Shown one piece after another: positions 49,680-59,607 of a DNA stretch of 64,000 bases. How positions within the stretch are numbered: the first letter of the stretch is position 1; every line of letters starts with the position of its first letter. The notes beneath the pieces are model-generated. The model had not been told where the DNA came from and did not search any database. It was given only the letters and a program-made list of their open reading frames with translations. Both the position numbers and the translations under genes were made by a program. This DNA comes from Candidatus Methanoplasma sp. (lineage in GTDB: Archaea > Thermoplasmatota > Thermoplasmata > Methanomassiliicoccales > Methanomethylophilaceae). The DNA is taken from the NCBI GenBank assembly GCA_031256955.1, contig JAIRPP010000008.1, positions 161,472 to 225,471 of the forward strand. Direction: 5' to 3'.

Positions 49680-52600
49680 TCACACTCCGGGGTAGTCGAG
49701 AAGCGCGTCTATCTCGGCTATTATCTGTTTGTTCCTGAATCCTCTCTGTTCCATCGCGCCCGCGGGGCAGGACGCCACGCAGCTCCCGCAGCCCTTGCAC
49801 AGGCCGGGGTTGACGTCGCTCTTGAGCCTGCCGTCGGGGCCGACGACGATGTTGATCGCGTTGTAGTCGCAGCATCCCTCGCAGACGCCGCATCCGTCGC
49901 ACAGGTCCGGGTTGGACACGGCGACTATGCCTTCGGACACGAGCTTCTTCTTGGAGATGATCGTGAGCATCCTGGCGGCCGCCCCGGACGCCTGCGCTAT
50001 GCACTCGTCCATGAACTTGGGCCAGTGGGCCGACCCTGCGACGTAGACTCCCTCGGTGGCGAAGTCCACGGGCCTCAGCTTCTGGTGGGCCTCGAAGAAG
50101 AACCCGTCCTTGCTTATGGGGACCTTGACCATCTTGGCGAGCTCCTCCTTCTCCTCGCGGACGGGGGCCATGCCCGCGGACAGCACCAGCGCATCCACGG
50201 GTATCTCCACGTCCCTGCCCAGGGTGGTGTCGTATGCCTTCACGACGGACCCGTCGTAGGCGGGGAGCTTGTCGCCGTCCCTGTAGCGCAGGAACTTGAC
50301 CCCGAGGCTGGACGCCTTGTTGTAGAGCTCCTCGCGGAACCCGTACGTCCTGACGTCCTTGTGCAGTATGGAGACGCTGACCGTGGGGTCGTTCATCTTC
50401 AGCTGTATTGCGTTGCGGAGGGCTCCCGCGCAGCAGACGCGGGAGCAGTACTTCACGTCGTCGCTCCTGGAGCCGACGCACTGCACGAAGGCCACGTTCT
50501 TCGCGGAGAGCTTGCCCTCCGCGATCTTCTTCTCGGCCTCCAGCAGGGTGAGGACCTTACCGTCCTTGCCGTACCCGTACTCGACGGGCTTGTACTGGGC
50601 CGCGCCGACCGCGAACAGGACCGCTCCCACGGGGAGCTCCTTCCCGTCCGAGAGCTGGACCTTGAAGTTGCCGACGAAACCGGGGATGTCCTTTATGTGG
50701 GCTCCCTTGTGGACCTTTATCTTGGGGCACTTCTCGACCTTCTCGACGAGCTCCTTCAGGTACGCGGACACCTCCTTCCCGTCCTCCCTGTGGTGGAAGT
50801 TGCGGGCGAAGCCTCCGAGCTCCTTCTCGCGCTCTATGATGTGGACCTCGAATCCCTGCGCGGCTATGTCCAGGGCCGCGTTCATGCCGGTTATGCCTCC
50901 GCCCACCACCGCGGCCGAGTTGGTCACGGGTATCTCGGAGCCTACGAGCGGCTCGAGCAGGACGGCCTTGGCGATCGCCATCCTGAGGAGGTCCTTCGCC
51001 TTCTCGGTGGCCGCGGCCGCCGCGTGCATGTGGATCCACGAGCACTGGTCGCGTATGTTCGCCATGTTGAACAGGTACTTGTTCAGGCCGCCGTCGCGGC
51101 ACGCCTCTCTGAAGAGGGGCTCGTGGGTCCTCGGCGTGCAAGACGCGACGACGACCCTGTTGAGGTCCTTCTCGCGGATGGCCGCGGATATGGCCTCGAG
51201 GCAGTCCTGGGCGCAGGCGTACTGCGACTGCTCGGAGAGGACGACGTGCGGGAGGCCCTTCGCGTACTCCGCGACGGCCGGCACGTCCACGACGGATCCG
51301 ATGTTTATGCCGCAGTGGCACACCCAGACCCCGACGCGGGGCTCCTTGCCCTCCACGTCCTTCTCGGGCGGGTACTGCTTGGGCTTGCAGGGCTCGAAGT
51401 TGGCGTCCACTATGTACGCGCCCGCCTTGGCGGCGGACCCGCTGGCCTCGGCCACGGAGGTGGGGATGTCCTTGGGCGCGGCGAAGGCGCCGGTGACGAA
51501 CACTCCCTTCCTGGTGGTCCCGAGCGGGTTGAAGACGGTGGTCTTGCAGAACCCGTACTGGTTGAGCTCTATCCCGAGCGTCTTGGAGAGCTCCTCCGCG
51601 CCGTTCGGGGGGTTCAGGCCTATGGAGAGCACGACGATGTCGTACTCCGCGCTGGCCCCGTTGCCGTCGGCGTCGGTGTAGTTGACGGTGAGCTTCTTGG
51701 TCTCGGGGTCCTCCTCGACGTTGGAGACGCGGGCGGCCCTGTGCATGTTTATGCCGTACTCTTTCTGGCCCCTGTTGATGTAGGCCTCGAACTCCTTGCC
51801 GTAGGACCTGATGTCCATGAAGAATATGTCCTCCTGGACGTCCGCGTGCTCCTTCGTGATCATCGCCTGCTTGGTCGCGTACATGCAACAGACGGAGGAG
51901 CAGTACTTCTTCCAGCCGTCCTTCTCGGACCTGGAGCCGCAGCACTGTATGAACGCTATCTTCTTGGGGTCCTCTCCGGAGGAGGGCACCTTTATGTGCC
52001 CCCTGTCGGGCCCGGACGCGCACATCATCCTCTCGAACTCCAGCGCGGTGACGACGTTCTTGAACCTGCCGTACCCGTACTCGGTGGCGACGGTCGCCTC
52101 CCAGGGCTGGAACCCGGCGGCGGCTATGACGGATCCGACCTCGACCACGACCTCGACGTCCTTGTCCTCGTAGTTGATGGCCTTCTTCCCGCAGATCTTG
52201 GCGCAGACGCCGCACTTGCCGTTCTGAATCATGCGGCAGTTCTCGGCGTCTATGATGGCCACCCTCGGCACGGCCTGCGCGTGGGGTATGTATATGGCCT
52301 TCCTCGTGGCGAGGCCGTACTCGAACTGGTCGGGTATGCCCTTGGACGGGCATTTGGCGATGCAGTCCCCGCATGCGGTGCACGAGTCAGGGTCGACGTA
52401 CCTAGCCTTCTTCTTGAGCGTTACCTTGAAGTCCCCCTCTTTCCCCTCGACCTTCACGACCTCGTGGTGCGTGAGGGTGTCTATGTTGGGATGCCCTATG
52501 CAGTCCGCCATCTTGGGCGACAGTATGCACGCGGAACAGTCGTTCGTCGGGAATGTCTTGTCGAGACGGCACATCGTGCCACCTATGGTGGGGAGCCTCT

Positions 52601-52694
52601 CCACCAGGTAGACGTGGATGTCCCTGTCCGCCAGGTCCAACGAAGCCTGAATACCCGCGATGCCTCCGCCGATAACCAGTGCCGATTTAGTCAA
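49680..52694 (-). CDS. hdrA: Heterodisulfide reductase subunit A (long form, two FAD-binding modules)
   Basis: VIGGGIAG, DKTFPTNDCSACI, VWVCHCG, ASCTPRTHE, ANIRDQCSW, second VVGGGITG; TTG start at 52694 with GGAGG SD. Confidence 0.95.
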   Translation of the reverse strand: MTKSALVIGGGIAGIQASLDLADRDIHVYLVERLPTIGGTMCRLDKTFPTNDCSACILSPKMADCIGHPNIDTLTHHEVVKVEGKEGDFKVTLKKKARYVDPDSCTACGDCIAKCPSKGIPDQFEYGLATRKAIYIPHAQAVPRVAIIDAENCRMIQNGKCGVCAKICGKKAINYEDKDVEVVVEVGSVIAAAGFQPWEATVATEYGYGRFKNVVTALEFERMMCASGPDRGHIKVPSSGEDPKKIAFIQCCGSRSEKDGWKKYCSSVCCMYATKQAMITKEHADVQEDIFFMDIRSYGKEFEAYINRGQKEYGINMHRAARVSNVEEDPETKKLTVNYTDADGNGASAEYDIVVLSIGLNPPNGAEELSKTLGIELNQYGFCKTTVFNPLGTTRKGVFVTGAFAAPKDIPTSVAEASGSAAKAGAYIVDANFEPCKPKQYPPEKDVEGKEPRVGVWVCHCGINIGSVVDVPAVAEYAKGLPHVVLSEQSQYACAQDCLEAISAAIREKDLNRVVVASCTPRTHEPLFREACRDGGLNKYLFNMANIRDQCSWIHMHAAAAATEKAKDLLRMAIAKAVLLEPLVGSEIPVTNSAAVVGGGITGMNAALDIAAQGFEVHIIEREKELGGFARNFHHREDGKEVSAYLKELVEKVEKCPKIKVHKGAHIKDIPGFVGNFKVQLSDGKELPVGAVLFAVGAAQYKPVEYGYGKDGKVLTLLEAEKKIAEGKLSAKNVAFVQCVGSRSDDVKYCSRVCCAGALRNAIQLKMNDPTVSVSILHKDVRTYGFREELYNKASSLGVKFLRYRDGDKLPAYDGSVVKAYDTTLGRDVEIPVDALVLSAGMAPVREEKEELAKMVKVPISKDGFFFEAHQKLRPVDFATEGVYVAGSAHWPKFMDECIAQASGAAARMLTIISKKKLVSEGIVAVSNPDLCDGCGVCEGCCDYNAINIVVGPDGRLKSDVNPGLCKGCGSCVASCPAGAMEQRGFRNKQIIAEIDALLDYPGV

Positions 52695-53035
52695 ATCTTT
52701 GCCTCCTATTATACCAATTGCGCATTGGAATGAAAACGGCATGATCCCCATTATTAAAAACCCTTATTACGAAATCAATATATGCGATGAATGTTTGGGC
52801 ATGGGAGAAACCGATGCGCCCCCTGATATCGTCAAGCTGTGGATGCGTCGGCTCGCTTTTCAGCATACCCAGACGCATTTGCATCGCCATGCGCGTAGTA
52901 TTGCCCTGCGATGCAATCCTACCATATATCAAGTATGTTGTGCGCATAAAATCCATTTGTTTCTTATGCCATAAAAATAGATGTTTGAGCGTCCGCTCAA
53001 AAGGTATTAAAATGATAAGATTTATTAATCGGCCT

Positions 53036-53563
53036 ATGGAGGAAAACAAGCTGTTCCTGATCCTGGCTATCTTGACCGTCATGGCTGCCTTAACAGCCAT
53101 TGCGTTCATGGTGCCCGCATACCGCCGCTCCAGGGAGGCGTTCCTGAGAGCCGTTGCGAACAGAGACAGGGATCCTCCTACCTATTTCTTGGACGAGGGG
53201 GACTGCGAGAAATCGTGCGGGATATGCTGCGGGGAGATCGGCGGCGAGCGCCTCTCGGAGTGCCCGTGCGGCAGGGTCTTCCACGCCTCCTGCGCCGGCC
53301 CCACGGGGCGGTGCCCGTACTGCGGGGCGCCCTTCGAGGCCATGGAGTCCAGGGACCCGTCCGCGCCGCCGTGCCCCGTTTGCGGGGGGGACGTGGAGGG
53401 GAGCGTGTGCCCGTGCGGCGCGGCGTACCCCCGGAGGGACGGTTTCATACTGTGCGCGTGCGGGGGGCGCGTGGACCCGTCTAGGCCCGTCTGCCGCATG
53501 TGCGGCGCGGCGTACGAGCGCATAGCGGTGCGCGCCTCCGCGGCCTGGGGGCGGGCGCGATGA
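53036..53563 (+). CDS. Membrane-anchored multi-zinc-finger (RING-like) protein
   Basis: TM helix then CGIC...CPCGRVFHASC...CPYC and further CxxC pairs. Confidence 0.75.
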   Translation: MEENKLFLILAILTVMAALTAIAFMVPAYRRSREAFLRAVANRDRDPPTYFLDEGDCEKSCGICCGEIGGERLSECPCGRVFHASCAGPTGRCPYCGAPFEAMESRDPSAPPCPVCGGDVEGSVCPCGAAYPRRDGFILCACGGRVDPSRPVCRMCGAAYERIAVRASAAWGRAR

Positions 53564-53877
53564 CGGTCAAATCGAAGAGGGGCAGGTACAGGTACGTCGC
53601 GTTCAGGGTCAGCCCGGGCCTGACCAAGCCCGCCCTGATATCCCGCGTGAGGGAGGCGTGTCGCGGGGGGAGCGGCCCCTACGTCGTCCAGGCGGGCGGC
53701 GGGATGGCCGTGGTGAGGTGCGCCCCCGGCGAGAGGGATCGCGTGGCGGAGATAATGGCCGCCGCCGACGCGGGGTCCGAGTCGCTGAGGACCTCGGGGA
53801 CCCTGAGGTCGCTCAGGGACAGGTACCCCGAGCTGGAGCAGGGGAAGAAGCGGTCACATCAGGCCCCTGGCCCTTGA
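53560..53877 (+). CDS. rnp2: RNase P protein component 2 (Pop5/Rpp14)
   Basis: KRGRYRYVAF, AVVRC, LRTSGTLRSL. Confidence 0.82.
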   Translation: MTVKSKRGRYRYVAFRVSPGLTKPALISRVREACRGGSGPYVVQAGGGMAVVRCAPGERDRVAEIMAAADAGSESLRTSGTLRSLRDRYPELEQGKKRSHQAPGP

Positions 53878-55017
53878 GAGGCGGTCCAGCGCCTCTATCA
53901 GGGTCTCGTCCCTCTTCGCGAAGTGCAGGCGCGCGTAGCGGTTCTCCTCCCCGTGGAAGAACACCGACCCGGGGACGGCCCCGACGCCCGCCCTCTCCGC
54001 CAGCCTCTCGCAGAACTCCAGGTCGCTGGCGTATCCGAACTCCGATATGTCCAGCAGGACGTAGTACGCCCCCTCCGGGACCGTGTGCGCCAGCCCAGCC
54101 TCGTCCAGCCCCTTCATGAACAGGCGGCGCTTGCCGGCGTACTCCGACAGGAGGTCCCTGTAGTAGCCGTCCCCGAAGCGCAGGCCCGTCGCCGCCGCCT
54201 CCTGGAGGGGGGCGGGCGCCCCCACCGTGAGGAAGTCGTGGACCTTCTTCACCGCGTCCGCCGCCTCCTCCGGCGCGATAACGTACCCCAGCCTCCACCC
54301 CGTTATCGAATACGTCTTCGACAGGGACGAGCAGGATATGGTGCGCTCGAACATCCCCGGGAGCGATGACATGTACGTGTGCCTGCGCGGCTCGTACACT
54401 ATGTGCTCGTAGACCTCGTCGGTTATCACGTACGCGTCGTACTCCCTCGCGAGCTTGGATATGAACAGCAGCTCGTCCCTGGAGAACACCTTGCCGGTCG
54501 GGTTGGAGGGGTTGCACAGGATGAGCGCCTTCGGCCTCTGCCTGAACGCCTCCTCCAGCTCCTCGGGGTCGAAAGAGAAGTCGGGCGGGCGCAGGGAGAC
54601 GTATATCGGGACCGCGCCGGACAGGATGGCGTCCGCGCCGTAGTTCTCGTAGAACGGCGAGAATATGACCACCTTGTCCCCGGGGTCCGCGACCGCCATC
54701 ACCGCGGCCATCATCGCCTCCGTGCTCCCGCAGGTTGCCACGACCTCCCTCTCGGGGTCTATCTCCCGCCCCATGAGCCTGGACTGCTTCGCCGCGAGCG
54801 CCTCGCGGAAGTTCGCGGCCCCCCACGTGACCGAGTACTGGTGGGGGCCCTCGCGGGCGACCTCCGCCAGGCGGTCCAGGATCTCCTTCGGCGGATCGAA
54901 GTCCGGGAACCCCTGCGAGAGGTTCACCGCCCCGAACTGCTGAGACACGCGCGTCATGCGCCTTATGACCGAATCGGTGAACGACCCCGTCCTCGCTGAT
55001 AGGCTCCTCATCCCCAT
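53854..55017 (-). CDS. Class I/II aminotransferase, YbdL/methionine-glutamine transaminase-like
   Basis: GAVNLSQGFPDFDPP, CGSTEA, NPSNPTGKVF, DEVYEH, LSKTYSITGWRLG. Confidence 0.88.
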   Translation of the reverse strand: MGMRSLSARTGSFTDSVIRRMTRVSQQFGAVNLSQGFPDFDPPKEILDRLAEVAREGPHQYSVTWGAANFREALAAKQSRLMGREIDPEREVVATCGSTEAMMAAVMAVADPGDKVVIFSPFYENYGADAILSGAVPIYVSLRPPDFSFDPEELEEAFRQRPKALILCNPSNPTGKVFSRDELLFISKLAREYDAYVITDEVYEHIVYEPRRHTYMSSLPGMFERTISCSSLSKTYSITGWRLGYVIAPEEAADAVKKVHDFLTVGAPAPLQEAAATGLRFGDGYYRDLLSEYAGKRRLFMKGLDEAGLAHTVPEGAYYVLLDISEFGYASDLEFCERLAERAGVGAVPGSVFFHGEENRYARLHFAKRDETLIEALDRLSRARGLM

Positions 55018-55020
55018 CCC

Positions 55021-56355
55021 TCAGATGCTGTACGTCAGCTTCCTCTCGTCGATTATGCGCCTGGCCTTGTGCAGGGAGCGCTCCAGCGCCCCCTCCCTCT
55101 CCACCACGACTCTGGCCGGCTTCACGCCTATGCGGGCCTTCAGCGCCCTCTGGATGCGGTCCGCCACCTCCTCGTCCGTCTCGGACGAGTTGGACTCGGA
55201 CCTCTCCACCGTGACCTCGTACTGGCAGGTGTAGCTCTTCTCCGTCACCCTGATGAGGTACTCCCCGGTTATCCCCTTCTGCCCGCGCACTACCGCCTCT
55301 ATGTCGCTCGGGAACACGTTGACCGCGGACACGATGAACATGTCGTCCTTCCTGCCCATCACGTGTATGCGCCCGTGTGTCCTCCCGCATCTGCACGCCC
55401 CCTTGTCTATGCGCCCTATGTCCCCGGTGCGGAAGCGGATCATCGGCCTGGCGCGCTTCCTGAGCGTGGTGTACACCAGCTCCCCGGTCTCCCCCGGCGC
55501 GAGGGGCTCGCCCGTCTCCACGTCCACCGTCTCGACGAGTATGTGGTCCTCCGCTATGTGCAGGCCGTCCTTCTCCCCGCACATGCCCGCGCACGCCCCG
55601 AAGATGTCGGAGAGGCCGTAGAAGTCGTAGAGCTCCGCGCCCCACAGCTCCTCTATCGCCTTCCTCGTGCCGTCTATGGACCCCCCCATCTCCCCGGCCA
55701 CGAAGATCCTGCGGACCGCCAGGTCCTTCGCGGGGTCTATCCCGTTCTTCATGCACGTCTCCCCGAGGTGCCACGCGTAGGACGGGCTGGTCCACATGCA
55801 GGTGGGCCTGTAAGTCTGGAGGATGTATATCAGCCGGTCCGACGGGATGGTCCCGCCCCATATGCACAGCGCGCCCAGCCTCTGCGCCCCTATGACGTCG
55901 GGGCCGCCGACGTAGAGCGAGAAGTTCAGCGCGTGCAGGTAGCGGTCAGCCCTCCTCATCCCCGCCTGGTAGAAGATGCGGCTCTCCACGTCCTGCCACT
56001 CGTCGAAGTCCCTCTGCGTGAAGGGGCTCATGGTGGGGACCCCCGTAGACCCCGACGAAGTGGATATGAACACCACGTCCTCCTCGGGCACCGCGCACAG
56101 CTCGCCCAGGAACGAGCCCACGCCCTGAGCGTCCCTCTGCGTCTTCTTGTCTATGAACGGGAACCGGCTTATGTCGCCCAGCTCCCTGAGGTCGCCCGGC
56201 TTCACCCCGGCCGCGTCGAAGGACCTCCTATAGTATGGCGAGTTCTCGTACGCGAACTCCAGCTCCTCCCTGAGCGCCCGCAGCTGGTACTCCTCCAGCT
56301 CCGCGCGGGGCATCGTCTCTATCTCTTCGTTCCAGTATCTGCCTTCCATCAGCAT
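55021..56355 (-). CDS. Phenylacetate-CoA ligase-family AMP-forming acyl-CoA ligase
   Basis: STSSGSTG, YDFYGLSD, IRFRTGD, GRKDDMFIVSAVNVFPSDIE. Confidence 0.9.
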   Translation of the reverse strand: MLMEGRYWNEEIETMPRAELEEYQLRALREELEFAYENSPYYRRSFDAAGVKPGDLRELGDISRFPFIDKKTQRDAQGVGSFLGELCAVPEEDVVFISTSSGSTGVPTMSPFTQRDFDEWQDVESRIFYQAGMRRADRYLHALNFSLYVGGPDVIGAQRLGALCIWGGTIPSDRLIYILQTYRPTCMWTSPSYAWHLGETCMKNGIDPAKDLAVRRIFVAGEMGGSIDGTRKAIEELWGAELYDFYGLSDIFGACAGMCGEKDGLHIAEDHILVETVDVETGEPLAPGETGELVYTTLRKRARPMIRFRTGDIGRIDKGACRCGRTHGRIHVMGRKDDMFIVSAVNVFPSDIEAVVRGQKGITGEYLIRVTEKSYTCQYEVTVERSESNSSETDEEVADRIQRALKARIGVKPARVVVEREGALERSLHKARRIIDERKLTYSI

Positions 56356-57227
56356 TCCTCCTTCGCGGCCCGGCCGCGCATGCGATCCAGCCTGCGGTCC
56401 CTCCCCTCCTCTATGCGCCTGAGGTCGCCGTCCGTCAGGTGGGCGAACCTCGCCTGCCTCGCCAGATGGGCGCGCAGGAGGGACGGGTCCCTCGGCTCCG
56501 CGCCCAGCGAGAGCCTCCCGCCCTCGAACTCCGCCAGGGGCCAGAGGCCGCAGTCCACCGCCTCCCTGGCCAGGTCTATCGTCTCGCTCGGGTCCGCCCC
56601 CCATCCAGTCGGGCACGGCGCCAGGACCTGGATGTAGCTCGGCCCCTCTATCGCGGCCGCCTTCTCCACCTTCCGGGCGTAGTCCCTCAGGTACCCCACG
56701 CTTGCGGTGGCGGCGTACGGTATCCCGTGGGCCGCGACTATCTCGAGCATGTTCTTCTTCTCGAGCCTGTTCCCGCGGGCGCCGCCGGCGGCGGGGGTGG
56801 TGGTCGTGCGGGCGCCGTAGGGAGTGAGCGAGCTCCTCTGGGTGCCGGTGTTCATGTACCCCTCGTTGTCGTAGCAGATGTAGATCATGTCGTCCCCCCG
56901 GTCTATCGCGCCGGAGAGCGCCTGTATCCCTATGTCCGCCGTCCCGCCGTCGCCGGCGAACCCGACCACCTTGAAGTCGCGCTCCCCCCTGGCGCGGAGG
57001 CCCGCGGCTATTCCCGTCATCATGGACGCCGTCCCCGCGAACGTCGATATGATCGCGTTGTTGGAGAAGCACAGCTGCGGGAAGTTGAACCCGACCGCGG
57101 ACATGCAGCCCGCGGGCAGGACGGCGACCGCGCGCCTCCCGAGGGCCTTGAGGGCTATCCTCACCGCCAGCGCCCCCCCGCACCCGGCGCACGCCCTGTG
57201 TCCCATGAACGGCTCGCCCCCGTCCAT
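56349..57227 (-). CDS. 2-oxoacid:ferredoxin oxidoreductase beta subunit
   Basis: GHRACAGCG, AGDGGTADIG, YDNEGYMNTG, APCPTGW. Confidence 0.93.
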   Translation of the reverse strand: MDGGEPFMGHRACAGCGGALAVRIALKALGRRAVAVLPAGCMSAVGFNFPQLCFSNNAIISTFAGTASMMTGIAAGLRARGERDFKVVGFAGDGGTADIGIQALSGAIDRGDDMIYICYDNEGYMNTGTQRSSLTPYGARTTTTPAAGGARGNRLEKKNMLEIVAAHGIPYAATASVGYLRDYARKVEKAAAIEGPSYIQVLAPCPTGWGADPSETIDLAREAVDCGLWPLAEFEGGRLSLGAEPRDPSLLRAHLARQARFAHLTDGDLRRIEEGRDRRLDRMRGRAAKEEC

Positions 57228-58387
57228 CAGGCTCCACCCATCCCTATGAAACGAACCCCTGTCGCGCCGGAGGCCATCCGGCGGAATATCTCGCACGCGT
57301 CCCCCTCGGATACGGGGGCCCCTCCGAGGCCCCCTATGTAGTTGGAGGACGGGATCCGGGCGCCGGCGGAGTAGAGGGCGGAGTTCACGTTGGCGAACAC
57401 CGTGCCCGTCCCCCCGAAGGACACGTCCTTCTCCAGGACCGCGACCGCCTCCGCGCCCGAGACCGCCTCCGCTATCTCGGCGGACGGGAACGGGCGCATG
57501 TACCTTATGCGGAGGACCCCCGCCCTGACCCCCTCCCCGCGCATGCGGTCCGCCGCGTCCCTGCACGCGCCCGCGACGCTCCCCAGCGTTATGAGCACGA
57601 AATCCGCGTCGCCGCACATGTACTCCTCCACGAGCCCGGTGTACCTCCTCCCGAAGGCGCGGCCGAACTCCTCCTCGGCCTCCGCGGCCGCGTCCCTAGC
57701 GCGGAGGATCCCGAGATGCTCCCTGTACTTGAAGAAGGCGTTGTGCTCCGGGCCGGCGGAGAAGCCCATGTTCCTGGGGCGCCCGAAGTCCATCGCGTCC
57801 TCTGGCTCGTACGGGGGGAGGAACCCGCGGGCCTGCTCCGGCGACGGGACGTCCACCGCCTCGCAGGCGTGGGTGAGGGAGAACCCGTCCAGGTTGATCA
57901 TGAACGGCGTGGACACGTCCGGGCGCTCCGCTATCCTGTAGCTCATGAGGGCCAGGTCCAGGGCCTCCTGCGCGTCCTGGGCGTACGCCTGTATCCACCC
58001 GCAGTCCAGCTGGGAGATCGAGTCGCGCTGGTCCCCGTATATGTTCCACGGGAGCGCGACCGAGCGGTTCGCGTTCATCATGACTATGGGGAACCTGCCC
58101 CCGGCGGCGTACGGGAGGCACTCCGCCATGTAGAGGAGGCCCTGGGACGACGTGGCCGTGAACGCCCTGGCCCCGGCCGCGGACGCGCCTATGGCGCAGG
58201 ACATCGCCGAGTGCTCCGACTCCGCGTATATGAACTCCGCGTTGAGGCTCCCGTCCGCCACCATCTCCGACAGGCGCTCTACGACGGTGGTCTGCGGCGT
58301 TATGGGGTATGCGCAGACCACCTTGGGGGCGGCCAGCCTCACCCCCAGGGCGAGCGCCTCGTTGCCGGAGACGAACGCGCGCGTCAC
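57227..58387 (-). CDS. 2-oxoacid:ferredoxin oxidoreductase alpha subunit
   Basis: SGNEA, AYPITPQT, ESEHSA, TATSSQGL; GTG start overlaps the delta stop. Confidence 0.93.
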   Translation of the reverse strand: MTRAFVSGNEALALGVRLAAPKVVCAYPITPQTTVVERLSEMVADGSLNAEFIYAESEHSAMSCAIGASAAGARAFTATSSQGLLYMAECLPYAAGGRFPIVMMNANRSVALPWNIYGDQRDSISQLDCGWIQAYAQDAQEALDLALMSYRIAERPDVSTPFMINLDGFSLTHACEAVDVPSPEQARGFLPPYEPEDAMDFGRPRNMGFSAGPEHNAFFKYREHLGILRARDAAAEAEEEFGRAFGRRYTGLVEEYMCGDADFVLITLGSVAGACRDAADRMRGEGVRAGVLRIRYMRPFPSAEIAEAVSGAEAVAVLEKDVSFGGTGTVFANVNSALYSAGARIPSSNYIGGLGGAPVSEGDACEIFRRMASGATGVRFIGMGGA

Positions 58388-58677
58388 CTCTCCGCCTCCA
58401 TGGATATGGCCCCGCGCCCGCAGACCCTCGCGCATATGCCGCAGCCCTTGCAGAAATCGTAATCTGTCTCCACTGCCCCGCCGGCCGCCGAGAGCGCGCC
58501 GTCGGGGCAGTGGAGGGCGCACGCGCCGCATCCGACGCACAGGCCCGGATCGATGGACGGCCTGCGGATGCGCCATCCGGCGTTGCCGGATACCAGGAAG
58601 CCCGCCTCGAAGGACGGGCGCTCGGGGTAGTCGGCCGCCTCTGCGAGCCTGGGGGCGGGGCGGATCCGAGGGCTCAG
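58384..58677 (-). CDS. 2-oxoacid:ferredoxin oxidoreductase delta subunit (2[4Fe-4S]); apparent CTG start
   Basis: Translated by hand: ...NAGWRIRRPSIDPGLCVGCGACALHCPDG...DYDFCKGCGICARVC...; missing from the ORF track because there is no ATG/GTG/TTG start. Confidence 0.88.
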   Translation of the reverse strand: MSPRIRPAPRLAEAADYPERPSFEAGFLVSGNAGWRIRRPSIDPGLCVGCGACALHCPDGALSAAGGAVETDYDFCKGCGICARVCGRGAISMEAER

Positions 58678-59180
58678 AGGGAATCCCCCGCCGCGTCGTA
58701 GGCGGCCCCGGCCGCCTCCTTGTTCCTCTCCCAGTGCCTCTCCGCCATGACGCGCTCTATGCCCTCGCAGACGTCGTCCAGGGACACTCCCCCCCAGACC
58801 CTCGCCAGGGCGCCCAGCATCGCCGTGTTGACGATCGGCGACCCGAATATCCCCTCCCCTATCCCCCGCGCATCGATGGCGATCGCGCCCTCTACGGCCT
58901 CGCGCGAGCTGACGATCGGGGCGCCTGCCGCAGATCCGCCCGGGAACAGGGTCTCGTCGAGATACACCGCGTAGTCCCCGCGGGAGACCTCGCAGCGGTT
59001 AGACACGGGCTTCTCGGACAGCTTGGTGAAAGCCCTGACGGGCGCGCCGCGGCGCTCCGGGCCGAACGACGGGAACGCGAGGGCGTATCCGCCGCCCTCC
59101 CTCATCGAATACGCCGCCCCGAGCACCTTCGCCGCGGTGAACGCGCCCTGTCCTCCTCTGCCGATCCAAACAACGTCCAT
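58674..59180 (-). CDS. 2-oxoacid:ferredoxin oxidoreductase gamma subunit
   Basis: GRGGQGAFTAA, FPSFGPERRGAPV, NTAMLGA. Confidence 0.93.
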   Translation of the reverse strand: MDVVWIGRGGQGAFTAAKVLGAAYSMREGGGYALAFPSFGPERRGAPVRAFTKLSEKPVSNRCEVSRGDYAVYLDETLFPGGSAAGAPIVSSREAVEGAIAIDARGIGEGIFGSPIVNTAMLGALARVWGGVSLDDVCEGIERVMAERHWERNKEAAGAAYDAAGDSL

Positions 59181-59252
59181 GCGACGCCCTCCAGGCATTA
59201 TCTATTTTTCCTCTATGAATAATCAACTATATCCGCATTGCCATCCGGGGGA

Positions 59253-59606
59253 TCAGCCGAGGGCTTTGCTCTCGATGATGCGCGCGAGCACGTCCTCGAT
59301 CGCCCCCCTGGACTCGATGGAGTCTATCCCGTGCTCGTCCAGGAGGCCCGCCGCGCCCGCCCCGATCCTGGCGGCCACGACGGCGCGGCAGTCCGCGAGC
59401 GCGCCCAGGAGGGCGGAGACCTCGCCCCCGCTCCTCCCTTCGTGGTCGCCCCCGGCGCAGAACGGCGGGACCCGCCTCCTCTCAACGTACGCGAACCCGC
59501 CGTCCCCGACGTCGAATATCAGGAAGGAGTCGGCGCGCCCGAAGTGCTGGTTCACCGCTTTCCCGTCCGTGCTCGCCACCGCGACCCTCGCCTTCATCTC
59601 GTCCAC
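59253..59606 (-). CDS. NifX/NifB C-terminal (FeMo-cofactor-binding) domain protein
   Basis: RVAVASTDGKAVNQHFGRA...DCRAVVAARIGAGA. Confidence 0.9.
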   Translation of the reverse strand: MDEMKARVAVASTDGKAVNQHFGRADSFLIFDVGDGGFAYVERRRVPPFCAGGDHEGRSGGEVSALLGALADCRAVVAARIGAGAAGLLDEHGIDSIESRGAIEDVLARIIESKALG

Positions 59607-59607
59607 C

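Noticed and set aside
46477-52694. Selenocysteine in HdrA/Mvh subunits
   Set aside because: The frames are open with Cys at the ligand positions; no in-frame TGA.
49680-52694. Double-length HdrA without adjacent hdrBC as a novelty
   Set aside because: Long HdrA forms clustered with mvhDGA, with hdrBC elsewhere, are already known in anaerobic archaea.
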